Origin: Lama glama
Lineage: Eukaryota
Direction of reading: 5' to 3'
NCBI GenBank assembly: GCA_028534125.1
Contig: CM052818.1
Span: 36,644,001 to 36,708,000, forward strand
DNA length: 64,000 nucleotides
Shown: one piece after another, positions 49,471 through 61,900 of the stretch
Layout of the letters: every line of letters starts with the position of its first letter
How positions within the stretch are numbered: position 1 is the first letter of the stretch
Made by a program: the position numbers and the translations under genes
Notes under the pieces: model-generated
The model's input: the letters and a program-made list of their open reading frames with translations, nothing else
Told to the model about the DNA's origin: nothing
The model's database searches: none

Positions 49471-50719
49471 CGGTCCCCCTCATGGGGAGCACCCCCGGTT
49501 CTGCTCTGCCTTCACCTGCTGCAGTCCTGTGCATTCCAATTATTCACATCTTTAATTCTCATGCCTTGCGGTAATTTTACAAAGGGCACGACTGTGACAT
49601 TCAAACAAAGCACATACATTCTCAGGTTAGCTTTCCTGATTTAAATGCTGGTGATTAAACAGGAAAATACAATTACAGGTAAAAGAAGAAAAGAAATAAA
49701 TAAAGAAAGACTTTTTTCCAAGCTTGGCCACCCTAAATAGACCTGACTCCTGATGAGGTTTTAGTAGCCAAACCAACGAGGTCAACTGCAGAGGGTCGCA
49801 GGGGAGAGACCTGACCTAGAAGGGGCTTGAATCACACTGCAGCCTGGCTATTTGTTGATGTTTGTCTTGCAAGCTGGCAGCTGGCTGCTGGCTGCTTCCA
49901 CCTGGAAGTGTCCACGGTTCCTAGCAAAGCCCGCTGACGACTCGCAGGAAGAGCGACAGGGCAGAGGGGGTTGGGAAACCAGGACAGCCCCCATAAGACT
50001 ATGGACTGGCTGTCAGCATCAGGGGAACAAGACACACATGGCATCTAAAGAGGCAGCAGTGTGGTCAGAAGGATGGCCTGACCACCTGAGGCTAGTGACT
50101 GGGGAACCCACCGGGCAGGCAGGTACGTTTGTGGGAATTTTATTTCACGAGGGTCAGAGGGAGGAAGGGGCATGGGAGCCCGAGCCATCTCTACCCTCTG
50201 CCAGGTCCTTCAGGAGGCACCCCCTCCTCAGGAGCCAGAAAGTCTGGGGCAAAAAAAGGGGGAGCTGCTGGAACACCCGCCTCCCTCCCAGGAGAGCCGC
50301 CCACCAGCGAGCCTCAGAGCCACACGGCAGCGTCTCAGGAACACACTGTTCTCTTTGTTGGGGCAGAAATATGTTTGCTGCTGATTATGCAGCCCGATGA
50401 GCAGGCCTCTCTCTCTCCCTCCCTCTAATCTGGAGTCTTCCTGCTCAGTGGGCACAATTGCATGCAAGCGATCCTAGAAAAAGCACAGAATGAATTTTCT
50501 TGCCATCCATTGTTCTCCAGGTATTGCGAATGTCTGAGATTCCAGGTGTGGGTTGTGCAGAGACTGCAGACAACTGCCAAGTCTGAGCCGGGGGGCACGG
50601 CAACCTCTGGGTCTGGCTTCAGCAGGGCACACCGTGGGCCCAGGCGCCAGCGACGGGCCTGCCTCGGAGGAAGGAGTCCTTTTCAGTTTCAAAATGCAGG
50701 TGATGTTTTAATTTAAAAC

Positions 50720-50935
50720 ATCAAATGAAAACACATGTTGAAAACAGTGGCTGCTTCTGGAGTGGGGAGGTTGACTGGGAAGGGGCTCAAAGAAATTTCT
50801 GGAACTTTCTGACGGAAATGTTCCTTTTCTTGCTGGGGATGTGGGTTACACGGACATCTGCATTTGTCAGTCAGTGCGTACCACTGAACCATACACCTAA
50901 GATCTAGGCATTTCCTTGTACAGAGTTACATTAAA
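50720..50935 (+). mobile_element. Old L1 3' end (L1ME-like)
   Basis: aacagtggctgcttctggagtgggg...tgactgggaagggg...ggaaatgttc...ggttacacgg...catttgtca...actgaaccatacacctaagatct. Confidence 0.75.
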
Positions 50936-51178
50936 CCATTATTTAGAGAGGAACTTCTTGGGGGTGGTGGGAAAGAGTTCTGGATCAATGAGTTTGTCAG
51001 ATAAAAATGGTAACCAGTTTAAAAATCAAAAACATTTTTAGTTTCACAATTTTGAAAGAAAGCTAACAAGCGGCAAAGCTCTAAAACTTAGAAAACAAAG
51101 AACACCAAATCATTTAAACTCTTGCTGACACAAGCTCTTCGACCTGAACACCAGTGACTGAGCTGAATGACAATGGAG

Positions 51179-51232
51179 CTCAGTGTCTGGACCCGCAGCT
51201 CTCCTCTCAGGGTCTGGACCCTCAGCTCTCCT
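51179..51232. repeat. 27-bp tandem duplication, 2 mismatches
   Basis: ctcagtgtctggacccgcagctctcct / ctcagggtctggaccctcagctctcct. Confidence 0.9.
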
Positions 51233-52369
51233 ACGCTATTTCCACTGCACCTTACATCTGCCCCCTGTGCCCAAACGACCTCTTTCCCCACAACCAGCAG
51301 TCACTGCAGTCCCTCTCAAACATGTTCAGTTCAATTGGTATCAGCCTTATGTCCTGCCCTGGAGAAGCTCACAGTCTAGCAAAGAATGGTCCTAAGATCC
51401 CGACCTGGACAGGAAGGGAAGCTGGCCACGCCGGGGAGAGCTGGGGATTTTGGACTTGACTCCGGACTGCCAGCCACTCTGAGTCTCAGAGCAGCTCCTG
51501 CATCCCGAATCCCTGAGATGACCCAGTTCATCACAACACTGACACCCCCAAACTACGGCAGGAAGCAATTTCAGCTAATCAAGACACTCATCAGCGCTCC
51601 AGACGGGGCCAGCACTTTCCCAGACAGCGCACACAGGCCGGGAGGCGCTCCGCTGCAGACAGGCAGATGCCGTTTCCACTTTTGTTCTCATTAAACAGTG
51701 GCATAATCATGATTTATAAAAATATTCAAATCTTGAAAAGCATGTCAAAGTGCAACCTCGTCAGCTGAACTAGAAAAAGCCACTCACTGCGTGCGCATGA
51801 TTTGAAACCTGATTTTTTTTTTAATAGCCTCAAGGAGATGTGGAGATGGGGAAAGTAATCATGTTTTAAAATTCTTTTCTAGGAAATAGTTAATTATGTT
51901 TCCAAACTCAAAACAGATTCATTTTTTAAAATATATAAACCTGGAAATCAACTTCCAAAGCTCCAAACAGGTTTTTAAATCAGAGAAGAATGTGTTAAAA
52001 GTGGCTTCAGAATCACTGTTGATTGACCATCACATAAAAATCATGTCACCGCTATCAGAATTCTGTTTGTTTCTACACCTTTATGGTCTAGGGGGAAGAC
52101 GGGTGGTGGTCAGGGGGCGTTTCTAGGTTGTGAGGTCAGAGTTTTTCTGTAACACTGGTCTCCACTGCTAGAATCACAAACCAGGATCTAACAAACGGAT
52201 ACCAGGTGGTTTGTAAATTCATAAGGTTAAACACAGCAAGTATATACCCAAAGAATTGGAAATTATAGTAATAAAACTTTCTCTGTGGCTTCCCATCACT
52301 TACCTGTTTCTTTTCCCACCACCACATCTTTGTTCCAAACATTGAAGAGCCCCCTGCACTCTTTCCAGA

Positions 52370-52635
52370 CATCTTAAGTCTTTTCTGCTACTCATTTCAA
52401 GGCTCAGGTCAAGTTTCCCCTCTGCCATGAAGCCCTCCTGGACTCACCGTCTTCTGCACACCAGTGTCTGGCATGGCTACACCACCCTGCGTCCTTCCCG
52501 CCACTGTCTGAAAATCTTTCTCCTCCCTCCCAGACCATGCTGGAAAGACTCTCTCTCTTAGGGCAGAGATGATCTCATTCACTGTTTCCTTGCTGGGGGA
52601 CAGTTGGCATCAATACATTTTTGTGGGTTAAAGGA
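52370..52635 (+). mobile_element. L2 LINE 3' end
   Basis: ctactcatttcaaggctcagg...ccatgaagccctcctggac...agggcagaga...tcaatacatttttg. Confidence 0.6.
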
Positions 52636-53764
52636 GAGTTCCATATAAATGAATTACTCTTATAATGCTAAACCCAACGCAAACACATGTAAATTAACTG
52701 CAAAGCCTTCCACCCTAGGAAAAGCAGTCATCTGTTCCCGCCCTTCTCAGCCAGTGGTCAGCTCTGTTTCTAGCAAATGAGACTCAAAGAGTAAGATTTT
52801 AGAATCCTAAGCAGTCAAGGAGAAAAGATGTGTCACAAACACAATGTGATGCCTGAACTATTCCCCTCGCCCCTCCGTTATTCCCTGAGGCCACACCAGG
52901 GGGTCTGGGAGACCCTACATCTCCAAGTCCTAGTCCATTCGACCCCTCTTCCCCCAGATTTACTTCCTCCAGGCAGAGTAGGGATGGACCAGGGGCTGTC
53001 ACCGTGCCCCCGGCTCTGACTTGCTCCAGCTGTCCCCTTTGCTCCTTAGTATCCTTGTCCAGCTCTGGGAAGTGAGATTGCTGAAATCAGGCAGAGATTC
53101 TGGATGCCTCCATCAGTCACCCCAGAGCCAGGGCGCTTCACCAAACTACTGAAAATCCAGCCGCTGCTTGGGCTGACAGTTCTGGAACAAGAAGATAAAT
53201 ATCTATCTAGACATTTCTGACTGACACCCAAAGAAGGCAGGCATTTTCTGTGGAATGTTTATCAAATTGCTCCCATCTGCCCATTTTCTGTAAGTGGTGG
53301 CAGCCAGCCCCTTGATTTTCTCTCCAATCGCCCCCCTAAAGAAGGAAGAGATGGGGGCAACTCTAACTGGATCCCACCATTCTGAGTGAGAGGCAAGGCC
53401 CAGCAGCCAGAAATCGATGGTAAGTGGGAACCCAGGTACCACTTCAGTGAATATGCTAAAAATCCCAAAATAATAAAGCCTGCAAAACCATTTCCTTAGA
53501 CAGAGGAAACTTTATGCAGAAAGAAGAAAGGGCTTTAGGAAAACCTGGAGGATCTTCTCCTGTGCCTAACAAAATTTAACTACGAGAGGAAGCCTCGGTC
53601 GCAGGGACCTCTGAAAGCGTTCAGCCCAGACGGATTTTCAGGGTGATTTCTCTCTGAGAGCTTCGTTTGCTCTGACACTTTGAGGCACAGCAAGGGACAA
53701 AATCAAAGATCTTCTGGAGTCTTGGGATGCACGGGGCAGCCTCACCCAGGCTGTCTTCCAGGGT

Positions 53765-53935
53765 CGTGTTGCCAATACTGTGTCTACTAGCCAATGTGGT
53801 TATGTCAATTAAAACTAATTTTACTTGAATAGATTAAAAAAATGCAGTCACCCAGTCACATGGACCATATTCAACAGCGCTAGACAGCATAGGACAGAAT
53901 GTCTCCCAGGCTGCAGAAAGTTTTGAGAGGTGGGC
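53765..53935 (-). mobile_element. MER3/MER33-like hAT element, decayed
   Basis: ccaatactgtgtctactagccaatgtggttat...cagtcaca...catattcaa...gacagcatagg...ctgcagaaagtt. Confidence 0.6.
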
Positions 53936-56900
53936 AGTACTGTACCAGGGAGTCCCTGACCTTTCTGGATTTCCTAACGGAGGTGCCCAGAAAGCAGTGA
54001 ACGTGGTTGGGTGATGGCTGCAGCAGGATCAAGTTCTTCTAGTCTGCTCGCTCTCCTTCCCCCCAGCCCTTCCTGACCCCACCCAGAGGGGCTTCTCTCC
54101 ACCCAGAGGCCTAGAGCTCCGTGCTGTGCAGAGCACATGGAGGCCCACGGGCAGTCTCCCGCCTGGCTGGGCATCAGCTCTGATCTGTCACATCCACCTG
54201 GATGTCCAGGCACCTCACTGGCACTGCTGCCCCGGCCCACCTGGCATTGAGGCCAAGGTCAAGATGGAAGAATGGACTCTACATAGGGATATGAGAGAAA
54301 GCAGACCTACTGCTGCCCAAATCCCAGACTCCCTGATTGTCAGAGGAGTCCTTACCCGCTTTCCAGGTGATGACTTTCACATTAAAACAAACAAACGAAA
54401 AACTATCATGCACAGCACAGGCATTTGAGAGCTCATCGGATCTTGCTCTCATGGCCAGTGTGTATAACCCCAGGATTCTGGCCTGAAATCCTAAGTCAGC
54501 CATTCCCACAGTCCTTAGACCCACCTTTGTCCCCCTGGACAGTCTCTGCTCAGTGCTCATGTATACAGCCTTCTTGTTTACAAAGGCATCCACGTGGCCG
54601 GGGTCCCTGGACTCCAGGGCTGAGGAAACGGCCCCTGGCCCTCACTCCAGCTCGGGTTGCAGGCACATATGCACCAGCCTCCTCTCTCTACCCAGCTGGC
54701 ATTCCCTCTTCTCCACAGACCTCAAGGCTGTGTTGTTTTGGGCTCCAGTGGAAGATGCTCAGGGCTACCAAACCTTCCTTGACCCCTCCAGCTGTCGGCT
54801 CTCCTCTGAGATCCCTGTAGACCTTCCAGCCTGGCCCCATGTCTCCAGGCAGACGTGAGTTCTGGTCTATGTGTCTGCCCATCCTGGCTGAGTCATTGCA
54901 GCACTGTCCCTCACACAGGCCTGTGTAACTAAAATGTTTTGAGGGGGGGCGGGTAGGAGATGGGGAGCATGTGTACATACACTGCCTGAGGTGCTGAGCA
55001 TGGCTCTCCCCCCGGAAACCGTCGGAAGGAGTCAGGGAGAGAAAAGAGGAAGGAGAGAGACCAAAAGGGACAGCATTTGCCAGAGAGGCAAAACCATGGA
55101 GAGACTGTCAGGGAGGAAAAGAGAGTGATTTACTTTAATCCTGTTTTCAAGTAAATTTCAGTTGTCAAGAAAAACACCCAACCCGCCCCAAACATGTGAG
55201 GACCGGAGGGAGTCAGAAACTTCATACCAAGATAAACAGCACGGCTGCGTAGAGGTGGCTATGACTGGACATTAAGTCATCCTAAAAGGGCTCATGGTTT
55301 TGTTTCGCTTTGTTTCCGGCCCTATGAGAACCTCGTGATTCTTAGACAGTGGCAGAGCAAACAGAACTGTGACTTATGTTTCCTAGTTTACAGAGCTGAT
55401 TTCATGGGCTTTCGACAGGAGTATCTGAGAATCACAGTTCTTCCTGACGCTGGAGTGTGCGGAGGGCAGATGTCCCATAAGCCACGCTCTCTGATTTGTT
55501 TTCAGGGCCCTCCAGGTAGGGGAGAAACTCTCATAGAGATGTAAATCGACGTGTGGGTGCTGTGGGTGCTGCAGTCTGAGCTCCCAGGTCCACATGCTAT
55601 AAATAACTTGCCCCTTGCAGTGGCCCCGCCATGGACGGAAGTCATTGGAAGAAGGGGAGATGCCAGAGAAATCGGCAAAGCAGAGCGAGCGCCTGCCTCA
55701 TCTCCCTCCCTGGACTCCATGGGACAGCTCTGGCCACTCCTTTTGGCCTGAACGCCACCGAGTCCTTGCTTCCCGGCCAGGTCCCCGCTGAAGGGTGGAG
55801 GTACTGCTGTCGCAAACTGGGGGTCCCCTGGGGGGAATCCTCGTCCTCTGGATGACAAGATGGTGGCGGGGAGGGGAGAGGAGCCTTGGCCAGTGCTCTC
55901 CTTCCAGATCCCTTTCCAAATTTAAGGAGTATGGGAAGAACTGAACAAGAAAACAGTCTGGCACTATCCTTGTCCTTAAATTCAGAGGTGGGAGCATGTG
56001 TGTTCATTTTACTGTCAGGTTATAAAACTTATCTAAATGTTGTATGTATTATTTTGAATATGTATTCTCATATCAAAAATTGTGAGTGGTATCCAGGGAT
56101 GTCTAATGTCTCTGGATGCAAACTGAAATCTCTAAGATAGATCAGCCTGGCTCTGGGAACTTCTGCTATCAAACTGTCTTAGCAGGAAAGTCTCAGGTCT
56201 CTCTACAACCGAGCGTGGCCCTCACTTGCCCTCTGAGACCTGGCAGTGCTGCCCAGGCTGTGCGAAGGACACAGGTGGCCAGGTGGGAAGGTAACTCACC
56301 TGAGGTCATGCCACAGGTGGCTGGCCGCAGCTCAGGCTGAGGGAGAAGCGGGGCCAGCCGATGTGGCAGCGGCTCCAGGATTTGGTTTATTAGTAAAAAC
56401 AAGCAGTGGGGGAAGAACAGCTGGTGTTGAGTCTGGTGCTAGGATTAGTCTGCAACGCTAATCACAAGAAGTGGAAAAAATTAGGAGGTCCTGCCTGCCA
56501 AGGAGGTTTTCAAACACATGCATGTGCTGCAGTTGCGGCAGGATTAGATTCTCCCAGCGCCAAAGAGGCAGGCGCCCACAGCCAGGATCAGAGCCCGTTC
56601 CTGGGCGCCACACCCAGAGCCTAGCTCTGACAGCACTTGAGGAGGGCCAGTCGCCTTGCAAGGGGTGTGAGCACAGAGGGGATACCATGGTGCAGGACAG
56701 CCCTCCAGAGCTCCTCTGTGATGTCCGGGAGAGAAGCAGGGACCAATGGGCAGCAGGAGAGAGAATGTCCCTGGTCCCAGTGGGTGCAGCAGAGTTGACC
56801 ATTATACTCACTGCCACTAAGAAGATTATGAGCATCCCACAGGCTGAAGTGGGATGATGCTCAGGAAACACATGGAAACCGGGAGGAAGCCCAGACATCA

Positions 56901-57002
56901 GAAGACACAGCTTCAAACACCTGTGGAGCAATATTATTGTGTGCCCCAGGCCAAGTGGTGCAATGATCTGGACACAGCTCACTGATGAGCATGGTAAAGG
57001 GG

Positions 57003-57209
57003 TGTGGGGAGGGGCAATATAGAGGTAAGGGGTTAAACAAACTGTTAGGTATACAATAAGCTACAAGGATATACTGTATATACGGGGGATATAGCTAATA
57101 TTTTATAATAACTATAAATGGAGTATAACCTTTAAAATTGTCTCACTACATTGTATACCTGTAACTTATGTAATATTACTTTATATCAACTATACTTCAA
57201 TTAAAAAGA
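57003..57209 (+). mobile_element. 5'-truncated L1 3' end, same family as 36196-36565, with TSD
   Basis: ggggcaatatag...ataagctacaaggatatactgta...atattttataataactataaatggagtataacctttaaaattgt...tcaactatacttcaattaaaaa; flanked by agcatggtaaagggg / agcgtggtgaggggg. Confidence 0.9.
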
Positions 57210-57426
57210 AGCGTGGTGAGGGGGTGACTGGGGGGCACCCTGTGACCTCCCTGCCGCCTCCTAGAATGCCACTACAGGGATGCATCCAGCAACTCCTCAC
57301 ATCTTGGTACAGTGAGTTTTCCTTCAAAGAGAATTGAGGCAGCAACTAAAACCCCAGACACTTGGGGCTAGGGGTAAGCAGAGAAGGAGAGGCCAGCCCA
57401 ACAAGATGAAATGAGGACTTCAAAAC

Positions 57427-57827
57427 TGCTGCGGACTGAATTGTGTCCCTCCCAAATTCACATGTTGAAGTCCTAACTCCCACTGTGACTGTATGTGGAA
57501 ACAGGGGCTTGATGGAATTAAGGTTAAATGAGGTCATAAGTGTGGGGCCCTGATCCAATAGGTTTAGTGTCCTTATGCAAGGAGACACCAGAGAAAGCTT
57601 GACTTCTCTCCCTCTCTCTTCCCTCTTCTCTCTTTCTCTCTCTGCCAAGTGAGGACACAGCAAGGAGGTGGCTGTCTGTAAGCCAGGAAGAGAACCTCAC
57701 CAGAACCTGACCGTGCTGACACTCTGATCTTGGACATCCAGCCTCTGGAACTGTGAGAAACAGCTTCTGTTGTTGAAGTCACTCAGTCTGTGGTATTTTG
57801 TGATGACAGCCTGAGATGACTAGTACA
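57427..57827 (+). mobile_element. MaLR solo LTR (MLT1A-family), TG...CA ends
   Basis: tgctgcggactgaattgtgtccctcccaaattcacatgttgaagtcctaac...gtgaggacacagcaagg...tgatcttggacatccagcctctggaactgtgaga...gactagtaca. Confidence 0.9.
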
Positions 57828-59557
57828 CAAGGTAACTTCATACAAAGCAAGGCCGTATGAACTGCAGGACAGACACCCTGGTGGCAATGGGGTGTGGACA
57901 GAAGACAGAAGGACCATGAGCAAAGGACAGAGGACCAAAAAGCAGAAGAGAAAAGTAGGTGATGGGTCACCAGAATCCATCCTGGACTCGATGGAAGCTG
58001 AGGGAGGCTTTAGAGGTCCTCAGCTTCAGAGTCATGGTGAGGGGTCACTCACAACATTTCCAGCCTTCAGTCCCTCCAGTCCTAAATCTTGGAAGTGTGC
58101 CCCATGACAAAGCACATGTCTTTACAGCAGCGTGGATTGGTTTTGCTTCAATGTGGACGGCACGGAGCTGCGGAAGACGGTGGTGTGCCTGGTCCCGAGA
58201 AACTTCTTGCTATGATCGCAGGAAAGCAGCTCTGGAGGAGCTGCCGGTATGGATGCTCCCCAACGTCCTTCCCGCCTCTCCCGGCAACCCCAAACCCTCA
58301 CTTTGGTGTTGCTATTTTCTTCTACAAAGTGTGGAGCTTTTCAAAAGACATTCAATTTCCTTTGTTGTTATTCAGTTGCCATAGTCAATTAAAATCTATC
58401 AATGCCCCTGAATACATTTGTGCTAGGTGAAGAAAGAACCTCGGTGCAATCTCCCGACATGATCTCTATTACCTCATGTTACTTTAATAGCTAGAGTAAT
58501 AGTTTGTTATTAATGGAATTAAGCAATTTAGTTCAAGCTTCCCAGAGGTCTTATAAGACAACTATTATAATTTGTATTCTCAGATTTTCCATTGAGTAGA
58601 TGCCATGTGTTTTACATTACTTGCTAATGTTTCGAGAGATAGCAGTAGTATATTTAATATCTGGCTTTGTTTAATGATTCTAAGCCTCTTTCAGCGTAGG
58701 TAAGTGCGGCTGGAATTTTGAGCAGTTTAAAAGTCTACATTGTACAAATAATTATCTCGAATGTTATTCAGCCCCATTTCAATTTGTACTTTCACTTTGC
58801 CATCCATCCATCCTAAAGATTTGGTCCAAATGTGTTTTTCCATTTTTCTCACTGAAAACAGTCTCCTGTCCCTACGGAGAAAACCAGGAAACACGCTTCT
58901 AATGAGCACACGTCTCGGACACACACGCGCGTGCAAACACACACGCGCAGATGCCAAGCACACCGATTTAGCATATCTATTCATACAAATATGAATAGAG
59001 TCATATTTAGTCAAAGATTTAAAAAAACTTTTTTTTTGATGGCTGCAAAACCTGTTTTTAGAAGAAATAAATGTATTCACTGCATTATGAAACAGCTTGA
59101 GAAAACAAGATCTCACAATGTACACCATCTCTGTATTTAAATAGTTTCATTTCTATTCATGAGCTCCCTGATTAGATACATGGAAAATATCATCAGTAAA
59201 ATATGAATAATTCTGACAAATTAATAGCCGATGTTTTTTTTAAAGAATGAAAATATGTGTAAGCATCTCATCCTCATTAGATAAAGCTGCTATTGGGGGT
59301 GCATGAAAATCGTGGCTCGCACAAATCCCTCTCAAACAGCAAGCAATGAAAGAAAAGGCGAGGGGGCCTCCAGGGAACTGAATGGAAAGGGCAGCACTAT
59401 TTGCAAGAACAGGTTGGAGCAAACACTCAGCTGGCCAGGAGTGTGCACTGTTCCACCTTACGTCATTCCTGCGAGGTAGGCAGGGCAGATGTGATGACAC
59501 AGAGGGAGTTTAGAGCAGGACAGGACCTCAGAAGTCATCTCTTCCCACTGCCCATTG

Positions 59558-60056
59558 CAGGAATACCTTGGAGATATTTTGGGTTTGGTTCCAGACCACC
59601 ACCATAAAGTAAATATCTCAATAAAGTGAGTCACACAGGTTTTTTTTGGTTTCCCAGTGAGTATAAAATTATGTTTATGCTATACTGTAGTCTGTTAAAT
59701 GTGCAATAGCATTACGTCTAAAACAGCAAGGTGCAGACCTGAGTTGCAGAATCCTTTATGGTTAAAAAATGCTAACCATCATCTGAGCCTCCAGTGAGTC
59801 GTAATCTTTTTGCAACAGGCACGTCAAAGATCACTGATGACAGATCACCATGACAGATAGAATGATAATGATAAAGGTTGAAACTTGGAGAGAATGACCC
59901 ATATGTGACACAGAGACATGAAGTGAGCAAATGGGGTTGGAAAAATGGTGCTGATAGACTTGTTCGACACAGGATTGCCAAAAACCTTCGATTTGTAAAA
60001 AATGCTGTATCTGTGAAGCGCAGCAGAGCACAATACAATAACACGAGGTCTGCTGG
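59558..60056 (-). mobile_element. Tigger1 internal-deletion derivative (TcMar-Tigger, about 500 bp, non-autonomous)
   Basis: Both termini present: caggaataccttggagatatt...ggttccagaccacc and ...caataacacgaggtctgctg (TIR CAGGCATACCTCG-like); internal gtgacacagagacatgaagtgagca...gttggaaaaatggtgctgatagacttg. Confidence 0.85.
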
Positions 60057-60069
60057 GACACCTTCCAGT

Positions 60070-60195
60070 ATGTCCATTGTCGCAGGGCAACCAAGGGATG
60101 AATGTGCCCTGCCCAAGATGGCACAGCCACCATGGAGAGAGGCACAGCCTGAATTCTGGCTTTTGGGCTCAGAGTCCAGTGCTTTTTCTACTGGG
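60070..60195 (-). mobile_element. MIR fragment, probable continuation of a piece at about 59505-59557
   Basis: tgcccaagatggcacagc...gagtccagtgctttttctactg. Confidence 0.5.
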
Positions 60196-60399
60196 CTGCA
60201 TGGAAATTAAACTATATCCGTCAGACACTTGACGCCTGGATGGTCCTTGAGCCCGTGGTGGGCACTGCGGCAGCATGGCGCATGAGACACCGCTCTTGTC
60301 TCTGAGCAGCTGAGAGCCCTGAGTGGGAGACAAGGGGACCGTGAACACACAGCAAGGAGGTGGCCCGTGCGGAGGAAGGGGCACTGCTGTACGTGAGAA

Positions 60400-60540
60400 A
60401 GACTGGCTCACATCTCAGCTCTGTTGCTTCCTCACTCTGTGACCTTGAGCACGTTACCTAATATGTTTGAGCCTCAATGGACTCATCTGCGAAAATGGCA
60501 ATAATTCCTACGTGGCAGGATTACTGCAATGTATTCAAAA
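60400..60540 (+). mobile_element. MIR SINE
   Basis: atctcagctctg...ctgtgaccttgagcacgttacctaa...tgagcctcaatggactcatctgcgaaaatggcaataat. Confidence 0.8.
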
Positions 60541-61149
60541 GAAGCCATTCTAGGACCCCAGAGAACCCACCCACCCACACCAGCTCATGTGAATGGGAGG
60601 ACTCTTGGGAGACTATGGTGGGGTTTCAGGGGGATCCAGCAGAAACAGGAAGAGCTTCAGGGACCAGCCACAGTGAGCTCTGTCTCTTGCTCAAGGTCCT
60701 GCTTCTCCTGGGCCATCATCTCCCCTTTCCTTCCCCCACGAAGTCAATGCCTTTGAGACTGGACCTCGTCATGTACAGAACTCCTGTCTCGCATCTGTAT
60801 TACCATTCGGCTAAGGTGCCCAGCCCCAAATGGAACTCTCTTTGGTTCTCTGGACAAACATCCTATTGGTCTAGTTAACTTTTTAAAGTCAGGAGCAATC
60901 AGTCCCACATTGCTGGCCAGCCAGTGGAAGGGCACCCTTGAAGTCAGGAATCTGCCCCTGGTCCAGTTAAACCGAGGCTGGAGGGGTGGGGTCATTATCA
61001 GCAGCAGAGTTTGTGGGTGAGCACAGATGCTTCCAGAAGACAGCCTGGGCAAAGCAGGCAGCCCCAAACATGTCTGATACAGAAGGCCTTCAAAGGTTCA
61101 TTTCCTTCCCTGCACTCAAGGTATGAACAGCATGTTATGTGAAAATAAA

Positions 61150-61900
61150 GAAAGAGAATGGCTGATCCTGCCTTGGGAGGAAACCCAGGTGGGCAAGTCC
61201 AGAGAGGGTGATGGGAATGGCATTCCAAGTGGAGGAAGCAGCATGGAAAAGCCAGCATGGGACAGAGTACCAGAGTGTAATCACAGATGCTGCCAGCACA
61301 GGGAACGTGGGCAGATGTCTGGATCTCATCCTACAGGGGCTGGGGAGACTGGCAGTGTGGTTGGCGCCCTGGAGAGGTCACTCTGGAGGCCACTGTGCAG
61401 GAACTAGAAGGGGACAAGGAGGGAGGGAGGGAGAAGACTGTGGCAGGAGACCACGGTGGTCGTGCAGGTTAGAAGTGGTGAGGAGCTGCAGAGCCAAGTC
61501 AAGAGCAGTGGGGACAGAGAGGAAGGATGGGTGGGGAGAGGGTAGGAGACAGAGCTGAGAGCCTGGGATGTGGGGGTGCCGGGTGACAGAGGAGAGGCCT
61601 CGGGGCACGCCCACACTTCCGACTTGGGGCCTGGGTGGGCGGTGTGGCCATTCCCAGAGGTGGGGAGCACGGGAAGAGCAGTGGGCTGGAGGAAAGAAGA
61701 TGAAGCCTGTGAGGTCCTGTGGCTCCCGAGGGCCATCCTGCGGAGGGCAGGGGGACATGTACAGATCCTGGGGACAGGTCTGGGGGTTGCTGGTTTATAG
61801 CGGAGGGACAGGAGATCAGTAGCACTGAGAGGGCTGGAAGACGGTGATAAGGCTTTCAAACCGCTTGGTGGGGATCACAGAGGCAGCTACCTGAGCGAGA
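61150..61900 (-). mobile_element. L2 LINE fragment, decayed
   Basis: gagaggtcactctgg, gcagtggggacagagaggaaggatgg, tgggcggtgtggccattcccagaggtggggagcacgggaagagca. Confidence 0.6.

Noticed and set aside
52298..52306. Perfect minus-strand donor CAG|GTAAGT
   Set aside because: No matching pyrimidine-rich acceptor upstream on that strand; it adjoins L2-derived sequence.
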